A DNA stretch of 64,000 nucleotides from an uncultured archaeon (GTDB lineage: Archaea > Aenigmatarchaeota > Aenigmatarchaeia > QMZP01 > JACQNV01). Of the stretch, positions 19,749 to 27,771 are shown piece after piece; position 1 is the stretch's first letter; each line of letters begins with the position of its first letter. The stretch spans positions 28,346 through 92,345 of the forward strand of contig CAZVWU010000001.1 in assembly GCA_964631205.1 (NCBI GenBank). The letters run 5' to 3'. The translations under genes and the position numbers were made by a program. A model generated the notes under the pieces. It was not told the origin of the DNA. It did not search any database and saw only the letters and a program-made list of their open reading frames with translations.

Positions 19749-19801
19749 CAACTCCTTAAAAACAAATATAGTATATACTCTTATAATATTAAATAGCTTA
19801 A

Positions 19802-19938
19802 CGGGCCCGCAGAGATTCGAACTCTGATCACAACCTCCGCAAAGTTGCATCCTATCCATTATCTGTAAACTCTTTCTTTTCCCGATAAGGGCTTTTCTTT
19901 CTTTAGAAAGAAAAGGGCTTACATTAGACGACGGGTCC
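19802..19938 (-). tRNA. tRNA-Arg (anticodon GCG) with an intron of about 65 nt in the D-loop
   Basis: The 3' exon (19802-19856) is GATAGGATG-CAACT-TTGCGGA-GGTTG-TGAT-CAGAG-TTCGAAT-CTCTG-CGGGCCC-G. The 5' exon (19922-19938) is GGACCCGTCGTCTAATG. The acceptor stem has one A3:C70 mismatch. TAATG occurs at both junctions, so the exact boundary is ambiguous. A TATA (tttataaatat) lies about 27 nt upstream. Confidence 0.5.
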
Positions 19939-20096
19939 TTGCCGATTTATTGTATATTTATAAATATCTTATGTAAATAAGGTATACTTATGAAAAGTGT
20001 AAATCCCTTCTTCTGGGTTATAAGGCTTTTCAAGATTGAATCAACTGCAGAAAGAAAATGTTTTCTTTCTGGGTTATAAGGCTCTTTCGTCTTCAG

Positions 20097-20127
20097 CTGG
20101 AAACCGATTCGAAAATCGGTTTCGTCC
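20097..20127 (+). repeat. Palindromic element family H, minimal copy
   Basis: CTGGAAACCGATT-CGAA-AATCGGTTTC-GTCC, about 20 nt upstream of the zinc-ribbon/EF-1beta operon. Confidence 0.6.
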
Positions 20128-20131
20128 GTTT

Positions 20132-20150
20132 AAAGAAAGAGGGTATATAT
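20132..20150 (+). promoter_or_regulatory. Motif Y (AAAGAAAGARGGGTATATAT)
   Basis: There are two copies: 3366-3385 (inside tRNA intron 2) and 20132-20150 (overlapping the zinc-ribbon ATG). A purine-rich BRE-like run is followed by a TATA-like run. Confidence 0.35.
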
Positions 20151-20307
20151 GAAATGCACAAGCTGCGGGGTCAGCGTTGATGTTGACAAGATATGGGTGG
20201 AATTCCTCTGCCCTTCATGCGAGAAGGAGAAGATTGTCCGGTGCAGCAAATGCAAGAGGCTTGTGAACAAGTATAAATGCCCCGGATGCGGATTCAGCGG
20301 TCCATGA
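20149..20307 (+). CDS. Zinc-ribbon protein, the conserved partner of aEF-1beta (COG2888-like)
   Basis: 52 aa with four CxxC pairs (MKCTSCG...CPSC...CSKC...CPGCG). Its stop overlaps the start of the EF-1beta gene (ATGA). This gene is not in the ORF track because it is under 60 aa. Confidence 0.6.
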   Translation: MKCTSCGVSVDVDKIWVEFLCPSCEKEKIVRCSKCKRLVNKYKCPGCGFSGP

Positions 20308-20570
20308 GGTCATATATGGTTGGCGCAGTAATTGTTGTTTTTAAAATAATTCCAGATGGAATAGAGACCTTTGAATCTGTAAAAAAAGATGTGGAAAAAT
20401 TCGGCCCCAAAAGGGTTGAAGAAGAGGAAGTCGCTTTCGGATTAAAGGCAGTAAAAGCAACCTTCCTTGTCCCAGAGATAGATGGAAAAATGGACGAGCT
20501 GGAACAAAACCTTAATTCAATAGAACACGTCGGCGGGGTTGAAGTTGTCGCGATGTCACGGAGCTTGTGA
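20304..20570 (+). CDS. ef1b: Elongation factor 1-beta (aEF-1beta)
   Basis: MRSYMVGAVIVVFKIIPDG...VGGVEVVAMS is the typical aEF-1beta fold sequence. Confidence 0.8.
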   Translation: MRSYMVGAVIVVFKIIPDGIETFESVKKDVEKFGPKRVEEEEVAFGLKAVKATFLVPEIDGKMDELEQNLNSIEHVGGVEVVAMSRSL

Positions 20571-21074
20571 ATCTAAATTAACTTCTGGAATACTGCCTGA
20601 TAATATTCCTAACATAAGATTACCGCTATAGATTTCTCTATTGTACCTTATTGTCTTACCCAAAATATCATCTAATGTGCAATTTTTCATATATGGATCA
20701 GTGAGTTTTTTAAACTCTCTGAGAAACTTATTCCACTTATCTAGTGGAAAATCATCATTCATACCACCGCCTACCAGGCAGGTATAAGGGTCATCCCGAT
20801 CGAAAGCATATATTACGAAAGCTGCATCATCAGTGTTCCTATCATTAAAATCGCCCTCTTGCCCTTTTTCAAGGTCGTACTGGAAAAAAATTCCGTGACC
20901 TCTGGATTTCACTTCTTCATATCTCTGTAATACCGATGTTGAAAAAGCTTTAACAGAATATCCTTCACGTACTGCCCGAAAAACAGTCACCATACTTCTT
21001 GGCAATCTAAACGATACCTGGCCTCTCTGGTCATCGTCAAGATCATCACGAAGATCGTCAATGTGTATTCCCAT
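20556..21074 (-). CDS. Hypothetical protein
   Basis: 172 aa, acidic, with no recognisable motifs. Confidence 0.3.
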   Translation of the reverse strand: MGIHIDDLRDDLDDDQRGQVSFRLPRSMVTVFRAVREGYSVKAFSTSVLQRYEEVKSRGHGIFFQYDLEKGQEGDFNDRNTDDAAFVIYAFDRDDPYTCLVGGGMNDDFPLDKWNKFLREFKKLTDPYMKNCTLDDILGKTIRYNREIYSGNLMLGILSGSIPEVNLDSQAP

Positions 21075-21162
21075 ATCACAATTAATTAAGAAATTAAAGC
21101 TTATTTTTCTTCAGGCTCTTCAGGTATTCCCATATTAGAACTAGTCTGGAAAACTTTAAATA

Positions 21163-21696
21163 TTACTTTTTCTTCTCTTTGGATTCTTTTTTCTTTGCAG
21201 GTTCCAGTTTTTTTGTTTCAATTGTCATATCGCTTAGCGAAATTGGCTTTTTCTCCTTTTCCTGCTCAAGCAATTTCGCTTTTTCTGCAGCAAGGTCGCT
21301 TATTGTGACAGGCTTTTCTTTCTTCGGCTGCTCTTTTGGCTTTTCAGCTTCAGCCCTCTTTTTTATTTCATCTTTTTTATATGCCTTTTCAGTTTTCTGC
21401 TCATTCATCTTTTTTATCTCTTCATCTGACGGGATTTTCAATTTGAATTTCTCCAGAACTTCGGCTTCCTTTTTCAGGAGTTCGAGTATCTCCTCGTCCC
21501 CCGAATCAGCTTTTATTTTTATTTTTGCCTGAAGCGGTTCAAGGTGCTCTATATTGCATTTGCGTTTCCTTACTCCAGTCAGGATTTTCGGGCCTGTGAC
21601 AAAAACAAAATCTTTCCCAGATTTGTCCAGAACTACGCAAAGCTTCCCTGCTTCCCTGCCTGCTGTTTTCAAGCACAACCTTCCTGTTTCAAACAT
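21163..21696 (-). CDS. rpl14e: Ribosomal protein L14e (eL14) with a long K/E-rich C-terminal tail
   Basis: KOW-like N-terminus GRLCLKTAGREAGKLCVVLD. Confidence 0.65.
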   Translation of the reverse strand: MFETGRLCLKTAGREAGKLCVVLDKSGKDFVFVTGPKILTGVRKRKCNIEHLEPLQAKIKIKADSGDEEILELLKKEAEVLEKFKLKIPSDEEIKKMNEQKTEKAYKKDEIKKRAEAEKPKEQPKKEKPVTISDLAAEKAKLLEQEKEKKPISLSDMTIETKKLEPAKKKESKEKKK

Positions 21697-21763
21697 ATAG
21701 GTAACCTAAAGAAGAATGAAAATAGGTTCTCATTCAATTTTTTCAAGAACCTATTTCTATCCT

Positions 21764-22051
21764 CTAGTCCTCTAACCCTCCCTTAATTTTCAAGAACCTG
21801 CTTTTTACTTCAAGCCTCATGCAGGATGAGCACAAATTCCCGCCATAAGGCCTGTCAGGCCTGTATTTAGACCCTGCCAGCTTATGTAGCTTTGCCTGCC
21901 TTAGCCTCGGGATCCCAGACAGCTCTGATTTGCATGCAGCACAGCTGGCCTTCTCCGGCCTTCTCCTCTCATAGTGCACAACATTTTTCCCACTGGGCCT
22001 GACCCTTTTTATTTTTCTCAGCTTTGTTGACCTCAATGCTCTTCTTACCAT
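21764..22051 (-). CDS. rpl34e: Ribosomal protein L34e (eL34)
   Basis: C4 motif CAACKSEL...CSSCMRL, very basic. Confidence 0.8.
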   Translation of the reverse strand: MVRRALRSTKLRKIKRVRPSGKNVVHYERRRPEKASCAACKSELSGIPRLRQAKLHKLAGSKYRPDRPYGGNLCSSCMRLEVKSRFLKIKGGLED

Positions 22052-22064
22052 AGATCATATAATT

Positions 22065-22232
22065 CTATAATTTCCTTTCAGACAATTCATTCCTGCACTT
22101 GGGGCATTTGCTTGTGATTGTCACACCGCCAATTATAAATGCTGTCTCATTGTACCGTTGGCTGTTGGCATCCTTTGAGTCCCCAAACACCACATGCTTA
22201 CTGCAGGCATTGCAGTACATCAACGTCACCAT
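22065..22232 (-). CDS. Small zinc-ribbon protein sitting where cmk is in the usual cluster
   Basis: About 55 aa with CNACSKH...CPKCRNEL. It may be S27e-like, but this is uncertain. Confidence 0.3.
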   Translation of the reverse strand: MVTLMYCNACSKHVVFGDSKDANSQRYNETAFIIGGVTITSKCPKCRNELSERKL

Positions 22233-22262
22233 AATAATCTCCAAATACATTTTTTATGCAAA

Positions 22263-22919
22263 CTATTGCACATCCAATAATTTTCTGACTATTAATGTTG
22301 TTGGGATAGTTATAAATATATATAACCAAAACCATGTGAGGTTAGGGCCTGCAAAAGGCGCATTGAAAGGGGCCTTTGCAACTATAAGCTCCGCGGTTAT
22401 TTTGTTTGCTGAAGGCTCCCCAAATTTTAGGTAGCCCCCGTTGTAAGGCACAAGTTCTGCTTTGCTGTATTTTTCTGAATCTGCAATTACGCCATCTTTG
22501 TCTGAATCAAACCCTATTAAGGAACCTGCGCTGTAAACAACTAATTTTTGTTTCCCTTCCGCGAGATATCCTACCATATCAGCCTTTTCTCCACCTTCTC
22601 CATGGTCTATAGTTACAGAAAGCTGGCCGTACTGCGCCCCAAGCCAACCAAAGGCAACAACCACAACAAGCATTGAAACCATCATTGACCTTGTTGAATA
22701 TTTCATCTGGCCATAGCTTAATTTCAGCCTTTTATCGGTATACTGCTTTACAGCCTGCTCGTCCTTGTCTTTCTGCGCCTGCTTTATTTTTTGGCCGTAT
22801 TCTTCCATCTCTTTTTTTGTCTTTTTTATCTCTGTCTGCTTTGTCAGGAATTTCGAAAGCAACACCAGTAAAAAAGCCAGCGCCGATGAAAGCAAAACAA
22901 CTTCAATCAGGAGGGACAT
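22263..22919 (-). CDS. DUF106-family membrane protein (archaeal YidC/Oxa1/EMC3-like)
   Basis: It has an N-terminal TM, a coiled region, and C-terminal TM helices. Its position between adk and L34e matches the conserved archaeal cluster. Confidence 0.45.
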   Translation of the reverse strand: MSLLIEVVLLSSALAFLLVLLSKFLTKQTEIKKTKKEMEEYGQKIKQAQKDKDEQAVKQYTDKRLKLSYGQMKYSTRSMMVSMLVVVVAFGWLGAQYGQLSVTIDHGEGGEKADMVGYLAEGKQKLVVYSAGSLIGFDSDKDGVIADSEKYSKAELVPYNGGYLKFGEPSANKITAELIVAKAPFNAPFAGPNLTWFWLYIFITIPTTLIVRKLLDVQ

Positions 22920-22955
22920 ATCAATAAATGTTTGGCTGGTTTAAAAGCCTGAACC

Positions 22956-23498
22956 TTATGCCTTTGCAACAGAAGAAAGGTAGTCCTGCATTTCTTTTAC
23001 AGTCGCTTTTATTTCCGACTTATTGACTTTTATTATTTTCATTGGGATCCCAAACTCAGACGCGAATTTTATGCAATAGGCGCGGTTTATCTCCTGCTGC
23101 TCCTTTATTGTATGGAACTCCCTTGGTATGTCCTTGAAATCCTCCAGCCTGTTTTCAATCAGCATTATTACATCAGGCCTGAAAAGGCTAAGGAAACGGT
23201 CTGTTATCAATGGCACATATCCATAACCTTTATTTATTGTGAATGAAGCGTCGAGGACTATGTTGAATGCATTCCTTTTCGAGCTGCTGAAAACCCTTTC
23301 CAGATCCTCGTACATTGAAATATAAGAGTTCTTGACATCCGAGAGCCTTGCAAACCCGTTTTTGACAGAATTCATCCCGCTGAAATCTATATGGTAAAAA
23401 TCCTTGTAGCCTGTCCCATTGTTCAATGTGCTTATCGCCATTCCAAGAAGCTTGTTTTTGTCCGTCTGCTCAATCCCGCTGACTAGTATCAGTTTCAT
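22956..23498 (-). CDS. Archaeal-type adenylate kinase (AdkA)-like protein with a degenerate P-loop
   Basis: The core aligns with AdkA (NIVLDASFTINKGYGYVPL...DVIMLIEN). The P-loop position reads VSGIEQTDKNK instead of GxPGVGKTT. Confidence 0.5.
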   Translation of the reverse strand: MKLILVSGIEQTDKNKLLGMAISTLNNGTGYKDFYHIDFSGMNSVKNGFARLSDVKNSYISMYEDLERVFSSSKRNAFNIVLDASFTINKGYGYVPLITDRFLSLFRPDVIMLIENRLEDFKDIPREFHTIKEQQEINRAYCIKFASEFGIPMKIIKVNKSEIKATVKEMQDYLSSVAKA

Positions 23499-23646
23499 AT
23501 CAGCCCTTTTCCGCGCAAAATATAACTATTACCCCTGCGGAAGTTTATAAAGGTTTGGAAAGCCAACCAGATTCCGGCTGGTATTGCTCAACAGAAGCAT
23601 ATAAGGCCATGCTGGAGAAGCTGAAAGAGATTTAAAAAGCCGTTGC

Positions 23647-24276
23647 TTACAGAAGCAGCATTATCATCCCAAGCAAAGCCATCCCAAAATCCTCGGCAAG
23701 GGTTATTTTTGTCAATGGGACTTTTAGGAATGTCCCCAAGCAGACGCACTGGAACTTTTCTTTCTTTGCCAGTTTTATTCCAACGCCAAGTCCGCTAAAT
23801 GACATTACAAAAATTTCTGTGATTAGAAGCGGGCGGGATGCAGGAGCCAATATCATCGCTAATCCAAAAAATAGTTCTATGAACGGATAGATATATCCAT
23901 ATGCATAGGCCCTTTTCGCCAGAAGGTCGTAAGTGGAATAGCCTTCAGCAAATCCTTTCAGGTCGATGAGCTTGAGGCCAGAGAATGTAAGGAAGAACCC
24001 TATCATGAAGTAGGATATTGTTTTCTGGGCAGAATAATTGCCAAGCTGGTAATAATCCCTGAATGCCAGAACGCTTGTAGCAAGGAGTATCAATCCTATT
24101 ATCGTCGCCAAAGGCATGTAGCTTTTCCATGTCACTTTTCCAAGGCCCATGTCTTTATTTTGTCTTATGCTGGTTTCCAAAGAATTTACAGGCACGAGCT
24201 TCATCCCGCCGCACTTAGGGCATTTTCCAGGCTTTTTTTGTTTTATCTCAGGATGCATCGGGCATGTGTATTCCAT
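23647..24276 (-). CDS. Membrane protein with an N-terminal heavy-metal-binding domain (YTCPMHPE...CPKCGM) and a DoxX/MauE-like TM domain
   Basis: It has a CPxH-type HMBD motif and 4-5 TM helices. Confidence 0.45.
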   Translation of the reverse strand: MEYTCPMHPEIKQKKPGKCPKCGGMKLVPVNSLETSIRQNKDMGLGKVTWKSYMPLATIIGLILLATSVLAFRDYYQLGNYSAQKTISYFMIGFFLTFSGLKLIDLKGFAEGYSTYDLLAKRAYAYGYIYPFIELFFGLAMILAPASRPLLITEIFVMSFSGLGVGIKLAKKEKFQCVCLGTFLKVPLTKITLAEDFGMALLGMIMLLL

Positions 24277-24284
24277 ATTTTAAA

Positions 24285-25844
24285 TTACCCTTCCCCCATA
24301 AATTTCTTTATCCTTGGCGGTATATCATCCCCATGCTGGTTGACTATTTGCTCGTACATCTGGTGAGCAATCATTGTGGCCAGCAAGATGCCTGTGCCAG
24401 TCCCTATGGCAAAAGTGAAGTCTGCAAAAGCGGCAAGTGCGCCTATCGCCGCGCCCCCCAGAACAGTTAGGTGGGGTATATACCGGTTGAGAACGCCTTC
24501 TATTATCCTTGGATCCCTCCTATGGCCTGCCACATACATTCCAACAGAGTCAATCTGATCGGCCACAGATTTGGAATCCATGCCAGATGTTTGTACCCAG
24601 AAGATCGCGAAAACTACTGAGCCCCCTATAAGGAAAAGTGAATACGTGACCATCCTTGCAAGATCATCTATGGTTATTGCAGTTAAGGATGTCACCCCGG
24701 AGGAAACAGAGAGCCCATACCAGACTAGGATGCCAAGAACAGCGAATGCTCCAATGTATTTCAAACCCTGCTTTTTTGAAAAATGAAGGAATAATGCCCC
24801 GATTATTGCAAAGAGGCCTATGAAAACCATAAGGCTGGAAAGTGGAATTGATTGTGGAGGGAAAAGGTAGTAAATTATCCCGCCTGTGGGGTTCCCCTGG
24901 GTATCAAACGTCCCCAGTATGGAAGAGCCGCCCCTTTGGCCAAGCATCCTTGCAACAAGCTGGACGTTCGCCAGTAGAGCCGAGACTAATATCACAGGCA
25001 TGTTTGATGTGTAGAAAAATTTCAGCGGCCATCTCCTTCCAAAACCGCTAAGCGCGCCAAAAGCAAGAGGCACCTCGACCCTGATAAGCTGGGAATATAT
25101 TGCTATTACTATAACAAGCAACGTAGCTATCACCGGCAGGAACCCCTGCAATAAAGCCTCCACAGGGCTTGAGCCAAGGGCTAATATTCCGTAAGGCAGG
25201 CGCCCTGCTGGCGGGTTTGCCGCATCTGGAAGGCAGGTATCTATCTGGCCTGGAGTACAGCCAATTGTAAGCGGATTGAAAATGCCTATAATCATCCCCT
25301 TTGCAACGCCCGCTAGTATGAAAAGCCCTACTCCAGACCCAAAGCCCCATTTTGTGACAACCTCATCCATGAATAAAATAATTATCCCGCCTAAAGCGAG
25401 CTGCATCATTACTAAAGGAGCCTGGCCGGGAATACTGGGTACAGCCCCGAATCCGACAAATATGTAAGCCTCCAAAAATGAGAATGCTATTGCCAGTAAT
25501 TTTTGTGTCCCTTGGAATCGCTTTTTCCCTGTCTCTGATTTCAGGTCCCATGGAATTATTTTAGATCCTACCAAAAGCTGCAAGATTATTGATGCCGTAA
25601 CTATAGGACCTATACCTAATGTAACCAAACTCCCAAAACTGGAGCCGAGGACTATTTCCAAAAACTGCAGCCTTGGAACATTTGCCTTGTCAACCCCATA
25701 AACAACCACCTGTGTCATGAGCAGGTAGATGAACAGTATAAGTGATGTCCATTTCAGCTTTTCTGAGAACGAAAGTTTCTTGATAGGGCTAGCAACTCCT
25801 GGCAGCTTTTTTAAAATCCTGTCGTATTTTTCTGCAAATGCCAT
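24285..25844 (-). CDS. secY: Protein translocase subunit SecY
   Basis: 519 aa, 10 TM. It is the canonical gene downstream of L15. Confidence 0.9.
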   Translation of the reverse strand: MAFAEKYDRILKKLPGVASPIKKLSFSEKLKWTSLILFIYLLMTQVVVYGVDKANVPRLQFLEIVLGSSFGSLVTLGIGPIVTASIILQLLVGSKIIPWDLKSETGKKRFQGTQKLLAIAFSFLEAYIFVGFGAVPSIPGQAPLVMMQLALGGIIILFMDEVVTKWGFGSGVGLFILAGVAKGMIIGIFNPLTIGCTPGQIDTCLPDAANPPAGRLPYGILALGSSPVEALLQGFLPVIATLLVIVIAIYSQLIRVEVPLAFGALSGFGRRWPLKFFYTSNMPVILVSALLANVQLVARMLGQRGGSSILGTFDTQGNPTGGIIYYLFPPQSIPLSSLMVFIGLFAIIGALFLHFSKKQGLKYIGAFAVLGILVWYGLSVSSGVTSLTAITIDDLARMVTYSLFLIGGSVVFAIFWVQTSGMDSKSVADQIDSVGMYVAGHRRDPRIIEGVLNRYIPHLTVLGGAAIGALAAFADFTFAIGTGTGILLATMIAHQMYEQIVNQHGDDIPPRIKKFMGEG

Positions 25845-25898
25845 ACCAATCTAACAAATTAAAGTATTATAATTGTTCTGTTTAAATAAAGGGGTAGC

Positions 25899-26861
25899 TT
25901 ATTTTTCAACATCCCTGCAGTCATATTTTTCTGTCTCCAATATTTTTATCGGCGGATAAGTGTAAAGCTTTAGCCCGTTTGTGAGCCATTCAAATTGGTA
26001 GACTGCAACAGAGGGGTTTTCGAAGATCCCGAATATTGTTATTTGGTTTATATCTGGATCTGTCTTGAGCGCAGCAGGCAGGTTTGCAGATGCCAGGAGG
26101 TCTTGATTGCCATAATAATAAATCCTTGACTTGAGGTTTGCCTGCTGGCCTTGGGGGCCTATTGAAAGGACGACAGCAGAGTTTTTTACAAGCTCCCTTA
26201 TGTTAGAAGCGGTCTCGTCATTTATTTGTATAAGTATCGAATAGCCCCCCAACCCATTCGGGTCTGGAAAAACTTTTGTAAGTTCCGGGTCGTCTATTAC
26301 AGCAACAACATCCTTTCCCTCAAAGCCAAAAACCTGGAATATTGGGGAATTGTCCTTGAAATCATAATATTTTAAGTTTATGCCATCCAGATTTACGCTC
26401 TCGCTTATTTTCAAAGCCTTTCCTGCAACCTCCATATCATTAGCGCTGGTATATTTTACTGGGTATTTTTTATCTTTTATAGCCAGCACAGTATCCCCGT
26501 TTCCATCCTGCTCAGCATGGAGGCCTATGTATGCTTTGAAATCCACATTCCCGAAGATCTTCTTTTCTGTTGCGTTATCTGCATTAAGGGCATACAATTT
26601 GAATTTCTTGGATTCCTCTTCTATATCCAGATCGCATCTTGTGAATAAATTGCATTTTGAGTTGAGTGCCAGTGTCGCCTCAGCCTTTTGAAGAAGAGTC
26701 CCATCAAGGTCAACTGTGTAAGCCTTGGCTTCACCAGTGCCTTTGCATATTGAGGCAAGCGCACTGTTTACTCCTGGAGTTTTAACTGCTGTTTTTCCTC
26801 CTGACGTGCAGCCGCTGATTATGATTATTCCAATCAAAAAAACTGCCAGGAAAATTCTCAT
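25899..26861 (-). CDS. Secreted lipoprotein of unknown function (lipobox IISGC)
   Basis: 320 aa with signal peptide MRIFLAVFLIGIIIISGC. Its start overlaps the L15 stop (ATGA). Confidence 0.45.
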   Translation of the reverse strand: MRIFLAVFLIGIIIISGCTSGGKTAVKTPGVNSALASICKGTGEAKAYTVDLDGTLLQKAEATLALNSKCNLFTRCDLDIEEESKKFKLYALNADNATEKKIFGNVDFKAYIGLHAEQDGNGDTVLAIKDKKYPVKYTSANDMEVAGKALKISESVNLDGINLKYYDFKDNSPIFQVFGFEGKDVVAVIDDPELTKVFPDPNGLGGYSILIQINDETASNIRELVKNSAVVLSIGPQGQQANLKSRIYYYGNQDLLASANLPAALKTDPDINQITIFGIFENPSVAVYQFEWLTNGLKLYTYPPIKILETEKYDCRDVEK

Positions 26862-27292
26862 ACTTTTACTGCCTTTCCGCCTGACTTTGCTATCTTTTCT
26901 TCTGCCTTTTGCGAGAAATATTTTGCTTTTATTTCGATAGGCTTTTTCAGGTTTCCGGCTGAAAGGATTTTATCATACCCGTAACTAATAGCATCAAAAG
27001 CCCCCGCAACATTGTTTTTGTCGGCAAGCTTTTGTATGTCCCTCAAGTTTATTGCCATATAACTTGCTTTTATTTCCTTTTCCTTTAGGGACTTGAACCC
27101 CTTGGCCTTTCCCAGGTGCTCCCTGTCAAACCTGAAGAACCATGATTTTTTCTGCTTGAAAGAACCTGCATTGCCCTTGCCACCCTTGGAGCCTTTTCCC
27201 CTGTGCCTTGCTTTGTAGCCGTAGCCATGGCTGTTAGAGCCTCTCATCTTCACAACTTTTTTTGTTTTTCTGGAATTAAGCATATCATGCAC
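26858..27292 (-). CDS. rpl15: Ribosomal protein L15 (uL15)
   Basis: GRGxGSGxGK-like basic N-terminus (GKGSKGGKGNAGS). Confidence 0.85.
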   Translation of the reverse strand: MHDMLNSRKTKKVVKMRGSNSHGYGYKARHRGKGSKGGKGNAGSFKQKKSWFFRFDREHLGKAKGFKSLKEKEIKASYMAINLRDIQKLADKNNVAGAFDAISYGYDKILSAGNLKKPIEIKAKYFSQKAEEKIAKSGGKAVKV

Positions 27293-27333
27293 ACTTTGCT
27301 AAAATGGATTGACATAGATTCTTAGCCTGTTCA

Positions 27334-27771
27334 TTATATCATCCTATCTATCAATTCATTAATTTTCTCCTTCCTGTACCCGTAATCCCCTTTTGGATAA
27401 GCCTGTTTTACTGAGCTGTAGCCTTTTGAAGGCGGGGAAAGCCTTAGAGGCAGTTTTATTTCCAAATTTTTATGTGATTTCTCTTTTAGAAGTTTTTCTA
27501 ATTCCTCTTTCGCTTTCTTATCATCTAATTTTTTATTCCCAGCGAGCCTGCCCCGTTTTAACAATAAATCCAGAAGTGCCTTTTCACTAATTTCCCCCCA
27601 AGTTAGGTAAGTTCTTGCTTTTTTGAGCATCCCGCCTATAATAGGGTTTTTTGGGTACAACATGCAATTATTAACCTTTTTTAATTTCAGCATCTCCATT
27701 GTATCCTCTATTTCTTTTCTCGCATTCACGCTTCCCCTTATCCGGATAATTGCATAAAGATCTGTGCTCAT
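27334..27771 (-). CDS. rpl30: Ribosomal protein L30 (uL30)
   Basis: Starts YAIIRIRGSVN, the archaeal L30P form. Confidence 0.85.
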   Translation of the reverse strand: MSTDLYAIIRIRGSVNARKEIEDTMEMLKLKKVNNCMLYPKNPIIGGMLKKARTYLTWGEISEKALLDLLLKRGRLAGNKKLDDKKAKEELEKLLKEKSHKNLEIKLPLRLSPPSKGYSSVKQAYPKGDYGYRKEKINELIDRMI

